Source: Setoptus koraiensis
Lineage: Eukaryota; Animalia; Arthropoda
Direction: 5' to 3'
DNA length: 64,000 nucleotides
NCBI GenBank assembly: GCA_048013815.1
Contig: CM106586.1
Location: 8,804,001 to 8,868,000 of the forward strand
Shown: positions 1 to 11,453 of the stretch, in pieces
Layout of the letters: each line of letters begins with the position of its first letter
How positions within the stretch are numbered: position 1 is the stretch's first letter
Made by a program: the position numbers and the translations under genes
The notes under the pieces: model-generated
What the model was told of the DNA's origin: nothing
The model's input: only the letters and a program-made list of their open reading frames with translations
Database searches by the model: none

Positions 1-1011
1 ACAATCACTTGCTTGCCATCCAGTCAACTTGTTTGCTCACGCTGTCTGACAGCTCATAACTTTCGTTTGACTTTTATCCAAGCATCGAAACCGCGCCAGC
101 TAGCACTATCTGTGTATGTGTCCAGCAGGCCACCGAAGCAGTGGAATTCCTAGCGGCCGGAAGTGAGAAGCGGCTCGCATTATGTATGGCACAGAGTAAA
201 CAGAATTGGCGAGAGTACTAAGAGAGCGGGGCGCGAATGTTTCTCGCAAGATAAGCGTCACATAATTCGTTCTTTTTATTGATTTGCTATTGTTGCCACG
301 TGCTGAGATTCTTATCTGGAATTGTTGCGCGCGCGTTGCACGTCGCCCGTCGCTCTTGTTATATAATGTTTGTGTGCGTGTGATAATTGGTCTTTAACTA
401 TCGCTGTCGAGAGTAGTTAGTTGCTACTTTAGCTGGAAGATAATTTCTACCAGTAGTTATAGTATATAGCCATGGAAATAGGAGGCGAGGGATAAAATAA
501 CACCAATGCTTGCTCCATTGCGCCCCGATCTCTATCTTATACTGCACGATAATAACAATGACGCGTGACATATTCGCACTCTGCAATGCTGGCGGTATTA
601 GCAGGGCCGCCTATGATGGCACAAGAATCAACACTAGATATGATCTCCACTGAAATATACGACTAGCAACAAAATGCCAGACTCCTAGGTTAGTCATAGC
701 TAATTCATTATCTATATTGCGACGATGTTGTGTTCAGTCAACCGCAAATCTGATTCTCATGACTTCACCACTCCACTGAAAAACACCAACACTCTCACCG
801 TGTGCCACATTTTCTTCTTGATTGATTGCAGACGGGCGAAATTTTGGGGCCCCAACGAAAAATTGCTCCTAAGCTTTCAGCTGTTTCTTTGATATCCTCA
901 AAGTCTATCAAGAGAAATTGTCGTTCTCGTTTGATTTCACCCAATCGATGCGACATTGAGCGTCAGTTGGCTTTTGCTTGTCACCGGTTCCAAATAAACA
1001 AACAAACAAAA

Positions 1012-1551
1012 CTAGATTTTGTTTATTTTCCACTGTTCGTGCTGCTCCTGTTCTTGATAGGCCAATATAGAATCCAGCAATCGTATGTATTTAATGGCTA
1101 CTCGTAATATCTCGTTCTTGCTCAATTTCTTGTCTGGCGGATAAGTGGGAACTAGGCGCCTCAAGTTGGCGAATGCCTTGTTGACATTTTGTTGGCGCCA
1201 TCGTTCACGATTGTTCGTGGAGTTTCGTTTCTTTCCACTGTGCGAATGATTATTATTACTAGTAGTTCGTTGCAATGAGCTCATTCCTTCACCTTTTATT
1301 CGCTTGGAATTATCTCTCGTGTTTTCTTTTATTCTAGCGAGACGTATGTTGCTCTTCAGTAGCGACGAGTTGCACGAAATGGACCGTTTTGCAGTGATCT
1401 TGTTCTTCAAGTTGATCACCGCCATTTGATCCTCTACCTTGCTGATTTCTTCGCTTGAGATAGCCATAGGAGATGAAATGCTCGATGCAAACGACGATGA
1501 CGAACTTGACACATTGTTCACATCTGGCGTACTTTCAGCCGGACTGGACAT
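1012..1551 (-). CDS. TAL1: TAL1/SCL-class bHLH transcription factor (HLH3B-like), single exon, 179 aa
   Basis: bHLH sequence [45 protein letters not shown] is characteristic of the SCL/TAL1/LYL1 family. Confidence 0.9.
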   Translation of the reverse strand: MSSPAESTPDVNNVSSSSSSFASSISSPMAISSEEISKVEDQMAVINLKNKITAKRSISCNSSLLKSNIRLARIKENTRDNSKRIKGEGMSSLQRTTSNNNHSHSGKKRNSTNNRERWRQQNVNKAFANLRRLVPTYPPDKKLSKNEILRVAIKYIRLLDSILAYQEQEQHEQWKINKI

Positions 1552-2044
1552 CCTCTTGAGAAATAATGCACTTCAGTTGAAAATTGTTGAAAGAACTTTA
1601 CCTAATGACGAAATAATCGACTTGCCGCCTCGAATGTCACTAGGTGAGAGATAAATTAATGTGTGCTCAGAGTTCGAATAATATAGAGGACCCAACTCTC
1701 GCTAGAGTTTTCCACCATCACATTAGATTTGCGAGTTTGCGCACGACAAAAAATCGATACACTCATGCGTGGCTCATCGGGGGACCGGGGCCTCCCCGAT
1801 AGCGTCACTTATCGAGTGATAGGAAGACACGCGGGCCAATTGTTGGAGGTGGCCAAACAGATAATTGAAGACTTTATTCTTAGATAAAACATTTTTGTTT
1901 TTTGTTTGAAGCAGTATTATGCAACAATAATGACAGAACAGATTAAAGAGTATAATTGGTCGATTTAGCGTTGGTAGAAACTAACAAAAGCTGATTAATG
2001 AATGCTCAAATGCTTGTATGTGTAACACTTAATTGTACAATTAA

Positions 2045-3697
2045 TCAAGAGGCTGGTGATACATTGGTGCTGATTGTGCTCTTAGCCGGCTCATTAATGC
2101 TTTTGTTAGTTATCGACTCCAACAATTGATCGAATGGATCATGCTTATTCGAATCCTGTCTCTGCATCTGTTTCTCGTTACTCGGAAATTGTTCTATCTT
2201 TGACCACAATTCTATATCTTTATCTGTTAAATCTTTGCCACAAATTTGTGTAAATAGCTCTTTTGTCTCTATAACTTTCTCTGCTCCGCGACGAGAGAAA
2301 TATGTTGTAATATTATTGCAATCTCGGTATAAGAACCTGTTAGCATTAGGATGTGTGACATCTATTGATTGACTAACGTCGATAACAAATATCTTATCAT
2401 CGTGCCACAAGAGATTGTATTCTGACAGATCAGCGTGAATCAAGTCACAATGATTGTATAGACGGTCCATAATATCAACCACTTGATTGTAGGCTAGCTC
2501 CAACTGTTCCGCATTTAAGCGTGCTTCTCTCAATTGAGGCGACGGGCGAGCGTTGTAACCTAAAAAGGTCATAATTAAAACATGCTTCTTTAGAGATATT
2601 GCATCTGGACAATTAATATTGGCCTTGCGCATTAGTTTCAGATTCTTAAAGCCTTTCTCTGCCCATTTATTAATAAGGTCTCCACGATGGCGTAGTTTGT
2701 CGAATTTATACGACGGACACTTTGTTTTGTCATAACTATCACGAGTGCGAAATTCCGACGTGTTAGTTTTGAATATTTTAATAGCTACCTCCTGATCTGG
2801 AACATTCTCGTGATTTCTGCCTGTCGCATGAAGAATAGTTGACTCCTTGCCGTGGCCTACAACCCCATTCAGCTTCTCTATTTTGAATGCAATCAACAAA
2901 CCATCAATGATTGCTCTAGTAGCATCGCTTATCTTGAAAGATTGAATATCTTCCAAAATTGAAGATTCTTCTTTTTCTTTTTTGTCAAATGCACGCTGAG
3001 ACTGTCTTCTTGTGTTCTTTTTCGAGTGCACTTTCAGTCTGTTGTAAACATAATTGGTGATCTTAAAATCGTCTGTGTATTTTGCAGCATCACCAGTTTC
3101 GATGTCGGTCTTGAGCTCCATTAAACGGCACATGTTACGACGGCTTGTAGTTGGTATATCGTGCTTGGTGATAATATTTCCATCGTGGTCTTTGACGAAG
3201 CCAGCTCTACCCAACAATTGGCCTCTTCGATCGATCTCACCTTGCTCGAACACATCCCAGACTCGATCTTCACTCCTTGAGATGGCCTTGCCACTAGATT
3301 TATTGTTATTTTTGCGATGTGCTCCTCCGCTTGAATGCTTTGTTTTAACGCACCAATCGTCATACTCATCATTGCCACTATTATCCTCATCGAGATCATT
3401 GCCACCGATATTGACAATATCAAAAGAAGTATTGCGCTTAAATCTATCTAGTGAGACTCCCACCTTTGATTTGCCGTTTAGTCTATCCTCGCGCCGTTTC
3501 AATTGATCATCGTATTCACGGTCAAACTGACGTTGTAACATGAGAGCCAGGGCGGCGTCGCTATCACAATCTCGTCCTTCGTCAACTATGGCCAAATTTT
3601 CGGCTAATAAAGCATCCAAGTTCTCCATTTCAGAATTGATGTTAGCTGTTTTATCTGTAGGGCAAGATGGCGTCGTCGCTGGTGGTGTACTGTCCAT
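2045..3697 (-). CDS. RIOK3: Serine/threonine kinase RIO3, intronless
   Basis: RIOK3 N-terminal motif SDAALALMLQRQFDREYD, then RIO kinase motifs GKES, VAIKIFKT, HADLSEYNLL and IDVSQS. Likely ATG at 3697 (MDSTPP); the ORF track extends to 3766. Confidence 0.92.
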   Translation of the reverse strand: MDSTPPATTPSCPTDKTANINSEMENLDALLAENLAIVDEGRDCDSDAALALMLQRQFDREYDDQLKRREDRLNGKSKVGVSLDRFKRNTSFDIVNIGGNDLDEDNSGNDEYDDWCVKTKHSSGGAHRKNNNKSSGKAISRSEDRVWDVFEQGEIDRRGQLLGRAGFVKDHDGNIITKHDIPTTSRRNMCRLMELKTDIETGDAAKYTDDFKITNYVYNRLKVHSKKNTRRQSQRAFDKKEKEESSILEDIQSFKISDATRAIIDGLLIAFKIEKLNGVVGHGKESTILHATGRNHENVPDQEVAIKIFKTNTSEFRTRDSYDKTKCPSYKFDKLRHRGDLINKWAEKGFKNLKLMRKANINCPDAISLKKHVLIMTFLGYNARPSPQLREARLNAEQLELAYNQVVDIMDRLYNHCDLIHADLSEYNLLWHDDKIFVIDVSQSIDVTHPNANRFLYRDCNNITTYFSRRGAEKVIETKELFTQICGKDLTDKDIELWSKIEQFPSNEKQMQRQDSNKHDPFDQLLESITNKSINEPAKSTISTNVSPAS

Positions 3698-4394
3698 TTC
3701 AAATGGAATGAAGCTCACTGTTGTTGCTGTGAGACTACAATTGTTACAAGCAACTACACATATCACAGTTGTTTTAAAAGATTCAACTATTGAGTAAGAA
3801 TAAAATTATCTTCCTCAGGCTCTAAAAATAACGGTGATTATAATAACAGTTAGTTGCAATTGTAATCAAGGGGGTGTAAAGACGAGACAAATGAAATATT
3901 TTTCGTACGAGTTGAGAGCGCTCCACTCACAACCATATGACGACTTTCACATGCGCATTCATGAGGCTGCTCAAAACAGCTGATGCGAATAAAAAACTCT
4001 CATTCGAATTTTTTATAGACTTCGCCACTTTTGTATCATGGATTTATTTATGGCATAGAAATATTGCAGATTCTCAAGTTCACAGACTCAACTGGTACGT
4101 TGTCAGGTAATTGTTGAACTGAGGATATCGCGACTAAAAACAATTACTAGATTTGCCACTAGGACAATCACCTCCTTGAAAGATTCAGACCGAGTGTAGC
4201 CAAATGAGAATAGCGAGAATGCAACCAGCCACGTATCATAGTTTATCTATTAATTAATTTCTCAGATAAAGGAGAATTACATTCTTTATGATGACGCTTA
4301 CAGCTATGTTGCTAAATTTGGACATGTATACAGAACTACGTTGGAATATGTGAGAATTTCGCCTTTCCTATAATACACCTATGTCTCATGGCTC

Positions 4395-6227
4395 TTAGAG
4401 TTTTCGTCGATTTTCCTTTTGGTTCCTTAATGAGACATATGCACGAGAGGGGGAGTCTCCATATGGATCCGAGCCATCATCGAAATGCATTGGACAATTT
4501 TCGGCTTCGCGTTCATATTCTGTCAACTTGAGAGCGACTTGAGCCCCCTCTTGAGCTTTTGAGCTTTCCTCGTTTTGGAGAATATGACAGAACGCACCAA
4601 CCGACATTGACATCAATATCTGGTTCTGGTCGCTTCTTTGATAGACCCAACATCTGTACCTACTATATGCGTCATGAGGGTCGTATGTAATCAAGTAGGA
4701 CTTGAGATTCTCTTTCCAATATCCAACGCATTGCATCTGGTAGTCTGGCTCGGCATAAATATCGACAGGTCTTCCATTATGATCAACTGACAGACAATAG
4801 TTTGGGTCGATGGAAATAATTTTTTGATCGCCACACGAAGATAAGTCCGAGATTCTTTGCCTACAATAGACATTTGGTTTCGGTGATTGAGTGACACCAC
4901 CAATTGTTCTGTTCTCGAATAGAATGTCACCTTGTTGTATGAACCTGAATTTACCTGCAACTGGACACTGCAGTGGCACTGGGTTCTTCGCAACCATTAG
5001 ATCATACATCCAATTTTCTTGATTATCAAACATACTCCATGAACAAACAGTTGCAAAATTGTCAGTGATGACAGCTTGTCCTCTTCGATACCTTAATATA
5101 TTATGATGCCTTCTTACAAATTGGAAACAAACATAATCTCTTTGGCAACCATTAACACCAAGTCTCGCCATTACGTAACGTGAACCTCTATTCTCTAGGC
5201 AAACATATGTTTCTTGCTTGATACGACCAGTGTCTGGCTTCCATCGTTCGACCATGCCTGTGCTATCAATGGTAACTTCCGCATCAAAGTTTGCTGTGTT
5301 AATCCAGATTCCTGTCATATTCTGAGGTAATGTACATTTAGGTAATACTGTATCATCTTTTATAGCAGATATCCTCCAACGCTCTGGACCTTCCTGGGGC
5401 GATCTCAAAACATTACATTCGGCTGTGTTGGATACAGACAAGTAAGAGTCATCATCTCTATTTGTTAAGAAACAGCGGTAAGCCTCTTCCGATCGTGTTT
5501 CACGAGTATTTTTCACAGCAAAATAATGATTTTTTCCAATATACCAATCTCCTAGGCACTTGTATTCGATGAGGGCATCTTGAGTCTCGCGCATACCTGG
5601 ACATGAGCGATATTCGACAAGAAATTGTTGATTGATGTTGAAAAATTGTGATCCCGGTTTTTGGCAGGCAGTGATTCTCGACTCGACATTTGAGCATTCT
5701 CCAGTAAATTTATATTGATTCTGATAGGCAAATCTCCAACGTCCCTCTAGACTAGAGCGACAATTTTTTCCAATGGGATTCTTCGAGAACAATGTTATAG
5801 ATTCTTGATTAGAGTCAAGAGATTGACACACTGATGAAATAGATGGTGGCCTTTGTTGGTAAGATCCACCAAACGACGTGACGCACTGAGTTTCAATCTT
5901 ATCTAATACATTCAACGTTCTTATAAGTAGACGGATACAATAATGACAATTATTGTTACCGTTGAATAGAACCAGAGTAAAGTTGTCATTGTTATTATTA
6001 GTGAAAGCTACCAATCTTCCCCTATCTGAGATGGTGTTGCTGTCTATGACAGTAAATTGATTATGGCCCTTCTCTCTTGAAAACCATTCTCCTCTGAGTG
6101 TGTGGGGAATCTCTGGCTCTTGAAAGATATTCCAATTGCTAAATTGAGCACTGATGATTTGAATGAACTGGCCAGACAGTAGGGTGAGCGCCAATAGAGT
6201 GAATGTACAATTACTAACTATTGCCAT
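4395..6227 (-). CDS. Conserved-looking uncharacterised secreted Cys-rich protein with an internal two-fold repeat, 610 aa
   Basis: Hydrophobic N-terminal signal peptide, about 20 Cys, paired repeats CLGDWYIGKNHYFAV..YRCFL and CVGYWKENLKSYLIT..YRCWV. The extreme C-terminus may be spliced. Confidence 0.75.
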   Translation of the reverse strand: MAIVSNCTFTLLALTLLSGQFIQIISAQFSNWNIFQEPEIPHTLRGEWFSREKGHNQFTVIDSNTISDRGRLVAFTNNNNDNFTLVLFNGNNNCHYCIRLLIRTLNVLDKIETQCVTSFGGSYQQRPPSISSVCQSLDSNQESITLFSKNPIGKNCRSSLEGRWRFAYQNQYKFTGECSNVESRITACQKPGSQFFNINQQFLVEYRSCPGMRETQDALIEYKCLGDWYIGKNHYFAVKNTRETRSEEAYRCFLTNRDDDSYLSVSNTAECNVLRSPQEGPERWRISAIKDDTVLPKCTLPQNMTGIWINTANFDAEVTIDSTGMVERWKPDTGRIKQETYVCLENRGSRYVMARLGVNGCQRDYVCFQFVRRHHNILRYRRGQAVITDNFATVCSWSMFDNQENWMYDLMVAKNPVPLQCPVAGKFRFIQQGDILFENRTIGGVTQSPKPNVYCRQRISDLSSCGDQKIISIDPNYCLSVDHNGRPVDIYAEPDYQMQCVGYWKENLKSYLITYDPHDAYSRYRCWVYQRSDQNQILMSMSVGAFCHILQNEESSKAQEGAQVALKLTEYEREAENCPMHFDDGSDPYGDSPSRAYVSLRNQKENRRKL

Positions 6228-6617
6228 GATTGCGTTGATTTAATACCGAGATAATTGAATTGGCACAGTCCTGTAAATAGTGCCAAAGTGATTAACTGTT
6301 GCAGTTTTATTGCACAATGTAAATGCCAACATCGATCTTCTGATTTGCCATTCGACAACTGAATCTGCAGGCTATTGCAATTTATTTATTGTTGTTGCAT
6401 AATATCCACCTGAACAGCACTTGAATATTGCGCTTGTACAGTTAGTTTGTTTTGAAACAACAGCTGACGATGATGATTGGATGTGAGATCGATAGCGCAC
6501 CTACGCTGTGTACGACTTATCTTGTAATTATCGTAAACAAAAGCTGATTCAATGCTTGCTAATTAATTTATCTTCGATACTGCAACAAATGCAATCGACA
6601 TAACACAAATTATCACT

Positions 6618-8036
6618 ATGGACGAATCAAATCCGGGCGAGGCCAGCAATCCTGGCCAAGCTCCCATTCCAGTGACAATCCCAGCGACAGTTGCAACGAC
6701 CGTTCCATCAGGCAAATTGTTTTCGTGTGGCAATCATTTTGTCGAGACCACCAAAGGAATGTTACATTTCGGAGAGCCCAGCGAAATGGTTTGTATGTTG
6801 GGAGTTCCTTCGACAATGAACGTACGTGATATACTACAATTCCTTAGTCCGTGTAGCCAAGATTTAGAGAACACAAGAATAGTACGGGAAGTCAATCATG
6901 ACACTTGCTACATAGTATTATTGAAATTCCGCACACAAGCCAGTGCCGATGAATTCTATTCTAATTTCAACGAAGCCCCCTACAACTCCATAGAATCTAA
7001 TGCCTGTCATCTAATGTATGTTACAAGAATAGAGACATTCTCGGAGGACCCCATACATAGAGAGCAGCCGAATTGTGCCGTGTGCCTTGAACGTATGGTA
7101 CCAGAAGTTGAGAGTATCCTCACCATCTTATGCAATCATTCATTCCACACTCATTGTCTCGGAAAATGGGGAGACACCTCTTGTCCGGTTTGTAGATATT
7201 GTCAGACTCCTGAATGTCAAGTAGAGAATCGTTGCATGGAATGTGGCTACCAGCAAGAATCACTTTGGATGTGTATAATCTGCGGACATGTTGGTTGTGG
7301 CCGTTATATCGACGGGCACGCCTACGACCACTTTAGAGAGACTCAGCACACCTATGCCATGCAATTAGCTGACAATCAAGTTTGGGATTATGTCGGTGAC
7401 AACTATGTACATCGTCTATTAGCAAACAAATCAGATGGTAAGCCAGTAGAGATAGAAGGCTCAGACGCCCATCGGCTAGCAGAAGAGAAGATAGAGGCCG
7501 CACAGTTAGAATATACCTACTTATTGACTCAGCAGCTCGATTCACAACGCAAATACTACGAGAAGCAATTGAGAGAGTGTGAAAAAAACAATCAAAAAAA
7601 GATAAAAGATCTGACTGTTAAAAACAAAAAACTTAGCGACGATCTGGCTGATCTAGAAGAGAAGTGTCAAACACTGAATAAAGACAAATCTAATCTAGAA
7701 AAAAAACTCCATACCACATCTACTAAATTGGCCAAAATTCAAAGCGAACTCACGGATGAGCGACAAATGAACAAGTGCTTGGGCTTGAATCAGGAACAAT
7801 TTCAAACAAAATTGAGAGAAACGGAAAATGAAGTTAGCACCAAACAGAAAATCATAGTGGACCTCGAGGAACAACTTAGGGATCTCATGTTCTTCGTTGA
7901 AGCTCGTGATAAACTAAAAGAATCTGTAAAAGATAATGTTGTGTCGCAGCAGGAAGTTGAAGATAGTCAATTAGTAGTTAATGAGGCCGCGTCCACTTCC
8001 AAACGGAACAAAAATAAGACAAAAAGAAAACAATAA
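6618..8036 (+). CDS. BRAP: BRCA1-associated protein BRAP2/IMP (RING E3 ligase with UBP zinc finger and coiled coil), intronless
   Basis: BRAP2 domain (YIVLLKFRTQASADEFYSNFNEAPYNSIE), RING CAVCLERM..LCNHSFHTHCL..W..SCPVCR, zf-UBP LWMCIICGHVGCGRY..HAYDHF, C-terminal EEQLRDLMFF. Confidence 0.95.
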   Translation: MDESNPGEASNPGQAPIPVTIPATVATTVPSGKLFSCGNHFVETTKGMLHFGEPSEMVCMLGVPSTMNVRDILQFLSPCSQDLENTRIVREVNHDTCYIVLLKFRTQASADEFYSNFNEAPYNSIESNACHLMYVTRIETFSEDPIHREQPNCAVCLERMVPEVESILTILCNHSFHTHCLGKWGDTSCPVCRYCQTPECQVENRCMECGYQQESLWMCIICGHVGCGRYIDGHAYDHFRETQHTYAMQLADNQVWDYVGDNYVHRLLANKSDGKPVEIEGSDAHRLAEEKIEAAQLEYTYLLTQQLDSQRKYYEKQLRECEKNNQKKIKDLTVKNKKLSDDLADLEEKCQTLNKDKSNLEKKLHTTSTKLAKIQSELTDERQMNKCLGLNQEQFQTKLRETENEVSTKQKIIVDLEEQLRDLMFFVEARDKLKESVKDNVVSQQEVEDSQLVVNEAASTSKRNKNKTKRKQ

Positions 8037-8119
8037 ACAATAATAAATGATTTAATAAATATATTAGCCCCCTATGCTGGCATATATATTTCTTTATTGC
8101 GCTTAGTCTAAAATTGACA

Positions 8120-9920
8120 TCAACTTATTAAGCAATTGGATGAATTGTCTACGTCTATCTTTTTGTATTGGAATAATATTTCTGTTGTTCCCTTTAATGG
8201 CAGATCTACTTTTGTTTCGTTGGCTACGAGAATGGCTGCACCGTAGGAAGATGATTTCTTCAATCTTAGTAATGTGAAGTTATCTAGATGCTTAGACAAG
8301 GTATCAATGAAGCCTTCTCGTAGCAGGTTCCAACTATCAAAAACTGCCCCAACGCACACAATACGAATGCCTCCCTCCTCTTTCATGAGTGCCTGAGAAT
8401 ATGGATAAGTTTTGAGTTGAGTTGATATGGAATTTCATTTTCAGAATGTACCAACCGAATGAGAATCAATTTGATTAGAGACTTACAGAGTCGACATTTG
8501 GTAACAATGCAATTATATGTTGGGCCAGTTCGCTTCCTGATTCTGAAAAAATCTTATTGATGACGGGATCGCTCTCTTCGCAAGTGGCTTGAATATGTGG
8601 AATATTCAAAGTTATGTATGATATACCGAGTGAAAATGTGCATTATTCATCATTAATTTCTTAATCGTTAAGAATTTTGATCTAATCATTGATCAGAACC
8701 TAATTGAAAGATATATACAAATAATTACCTATGTAAAGTTCTTTGCTCAAACTAGCAATCTTCTTTTTATCGAAGCCCTTGCCTTGATTAGATCTATAAA
8801 AATACTCTATTAGCAACGATCGGATATCATCCTGGGAATCATCCTCATGTATGTTGAAATGTCTCCTGATAACCTGTTCTAAACGACTAGTTTTCAATCC
8901 ATTACCTTTAAAATTGTCTTTGACATTGAGTACAGCCTTGCAAGCTTGGAGAGCAATCCAGTAAGCGGATCCCTCATCACCGAGCAAATAGCCGTAACCA
9001 CCACAAGTATATTGAGATTCCTGATTTGTGATTAAGTGAATTACGTAAGTCATAAGTGAATATTCCTTTGTACCAGCTAGAGATAAATAACGTGAAAAAC
9101 TATAATTCAACTTACATCTGGATTGAGAAGCAAACAATTGGACCCGGTTCCGGCAATAAGTACAAATCCTCCTAAGATCAATGAAACAGGGCCAAATATG
9201 AGTCAATACTAACCAATTCAAGTTACGAATGCCTCAGCATTAAATTAAATGTAATTATTACCTTTAATACAGGCAGTTAACAATGATCCAACGAGATCGT
9301 TTGCAGCTACGCATGATGTCGTCATATCCGGATAACTTTCTAAGAATGAATTGCTAACTCTCTTACATCCAGATCCATGACAACCACTCAAACATAGGCC
9401 CTACACAGATTGATAAAGTTGATTAATGAAATATTCAAAATTCTCTCGCTAGGAATGTAAGTCAGAAGCTTAGGTTGTGCGCTACACTGTGGCACTAATC
9501 AGAAGTTATACTAACGAGGCCATTCAGAGGCTCATCAAGAGACAGTCCAGCGTGAGACTTTGCTTTCTTTATCATTGAATTTATCCTATGATTACACTCA
9601 TTTAGATCGCCAATCAGCTATGAATAAAGAGTTTAAAAAAGCTGTCAAATTTCATGAATCAAGATTTTCAGGATGATGTTCCACGTACCAATCTAAGGGA
9701 AATACTCACAAGATAATTTGTTGGTGGTCCTATAGTTTCCGAAAGTGTTTCACCTTCTTCATTCAATAAAACTAACTTTGAAGAGGAAGCTCCTCTGGAT
9801 TGAGATTGTGTTGAAGAGATAGTGCAATAGAATATGAGTGAAATGAATCTCTACATTTAGCACACTAGTGTGTAGCAATGTATGATTGACTTACCCTTCA
9901 ATTCCTGCGAAAATTTTCAT
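8120..9920 (-). CDS. NAGK: N-acetyl-D-glucosamine kinase, 8 exons
   Basis: Exons 9920-9895, 9794-9710, 9617-9516, 9400-9262, 9171-9116, 9020-8729, 8587-8487, 8392-8120, all GT-AG with consistent phases. The spliced protein has MKIFAGIEGGAS, LIAGTGSNC, CGGYGYLLGDEGSAYWIA, VCVGAVFDSW and SYGAAIL. Confidence 0.92.
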
Positions 9921-9925
9921 TGCGT

Positions 9926-10280
9926 CTAAGTGGCAAAAGCTTTGAAAAACAGTGCTGCAACTTTGTTAGTTGGGATTTTTAGATCCCCAGCGATAATGAT
10001 GGAAAATAAGTGATTTCTTGCGGGAGAAAATGTTGTATCACAAAGAGGACGTGTTGAGTAGTGCCATAAATCCGAACAAGTTACTGTATGTCTAACAAGT
10101 GATATAACGTAATTTGTTATATATATCGTATGAAGAATAATAATAAGTCCAACAAGAATCGCACATGTAATGAAAATCATTTGTGTAATTTGTGCGAAAT
10201 TTATGCAATGAATGAAAAAGCAAAAAAGTAAGAAGGATATTGTTGCCAGACAACAACCATCCAACGGGGATTCGTCCTAT
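9926..10280 (-). CDS. Possible small two-TM membrane ORF or orphan exon directly upstream of NAGK
   Basis: Open frame of about 115 codons with two hydrophobic stretches (CLATISFLLFCFFIHCINF; MIFITCAILVGLIIILHTIYI). No ATG in good context and no recognisable family. Confidence 0.25.
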
Positions 10281-11453
10281 CTATCTGTCTATCTACAATA
10301 TCTGGGATTGGCGCGCTATGGCAATCAGTCATGTGATTACTTAATTGTTTCTTTCGGTTTGTTCTAGATGTTAGTGTACAGGTGATTGATGTTAATGAGT
10401 TCGACCCTCGTTATGATATGTAGATATATATTTACATAAAGTGATTGCGGAGCGAGAACTCATTCAAGAAGAGATTACAAACGAAAAAAGTTAGACAAAG
10501 GCAAGGCGTTGGCTTAGAACAAGTGTAGCTCCCTCTATCACTCTCACTTTTGAGCGATCTTTATCTAGCTTGTTTGTCCCTTCTTCACTGTCTGATGATA
10601 CATGTGCTCATCTGACAGCAATTGGTATCTAAGATAAATTGCAAATAAGGTAAAATCTCATTGTAGTATATCGATGCATGGTGCTTGGTTAGTTGAGATA
10701 TTCTTGTTGTCTAGGCATGGTTTGGATTCATTTGGCAGGATAGTTGGATATCGATGTATGATTAATAATGGAATAGCTTTAATGGTGATGATTATGGTGG
10801 TGGCAAATTGAAGGCAATGAAAACATTTTTCTTTCTAAATGATCTAGCTGAATGCATCTCGACTTGGTAAATGCATGATGTACAGATGTTGCTGATCCGC
10901 TAAGCTAGCTATATCTTGATATATTCATTGTTTACGCCCAGTGGTCTCGTTAGGCTGATGGGTATGAGTCTGTTTAAGGGAATGTTTGTATTTGATCATA
11001 GTTGTTCAACTAACAATATTCAAATACGACTCGTTAAACAGGACTGATTATGAAGTGAAAGAACCACATGTATATCTGGTCCTTTCAGAGATGAGTTGAG
11101 AGAAGGAAAAAAACAATAACAATTGAAAGTAACACATGATTCTGCTGTCTGCTCGAATGCTCAAACTTGTTTTGTTGACTGAAACAGCGCCAAATTTGAC
11201 TGCTTGCACTTCGAAAAAAACCTCCCAAGTTTTTTCCAATTCTTCGGAAAGATGAGTTGGATGACCAATCGATCTTGTATTAGGTTAACTTATTTGATTC
11301 GAAATCAGAACAACATAAAGAAGAAAGAATTCACAAAAAGCATGATTTTTTTCCTTGCGTTAATTTATTTCAGGCGAGCTTCTATAACAAATTGAGTGCT
11401 GTGTTGTTGTCGAACATATAAATTGACAAGCAAGGAAACAATGTAGATGTTCA

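Noticed and set aside
3054-3797. Antisense ORFs inside RIOK3, and similar ones inside POLK, FANCJ, DCXR and actinin
   Set aside because: Shadow frames of genuine coding sequence.
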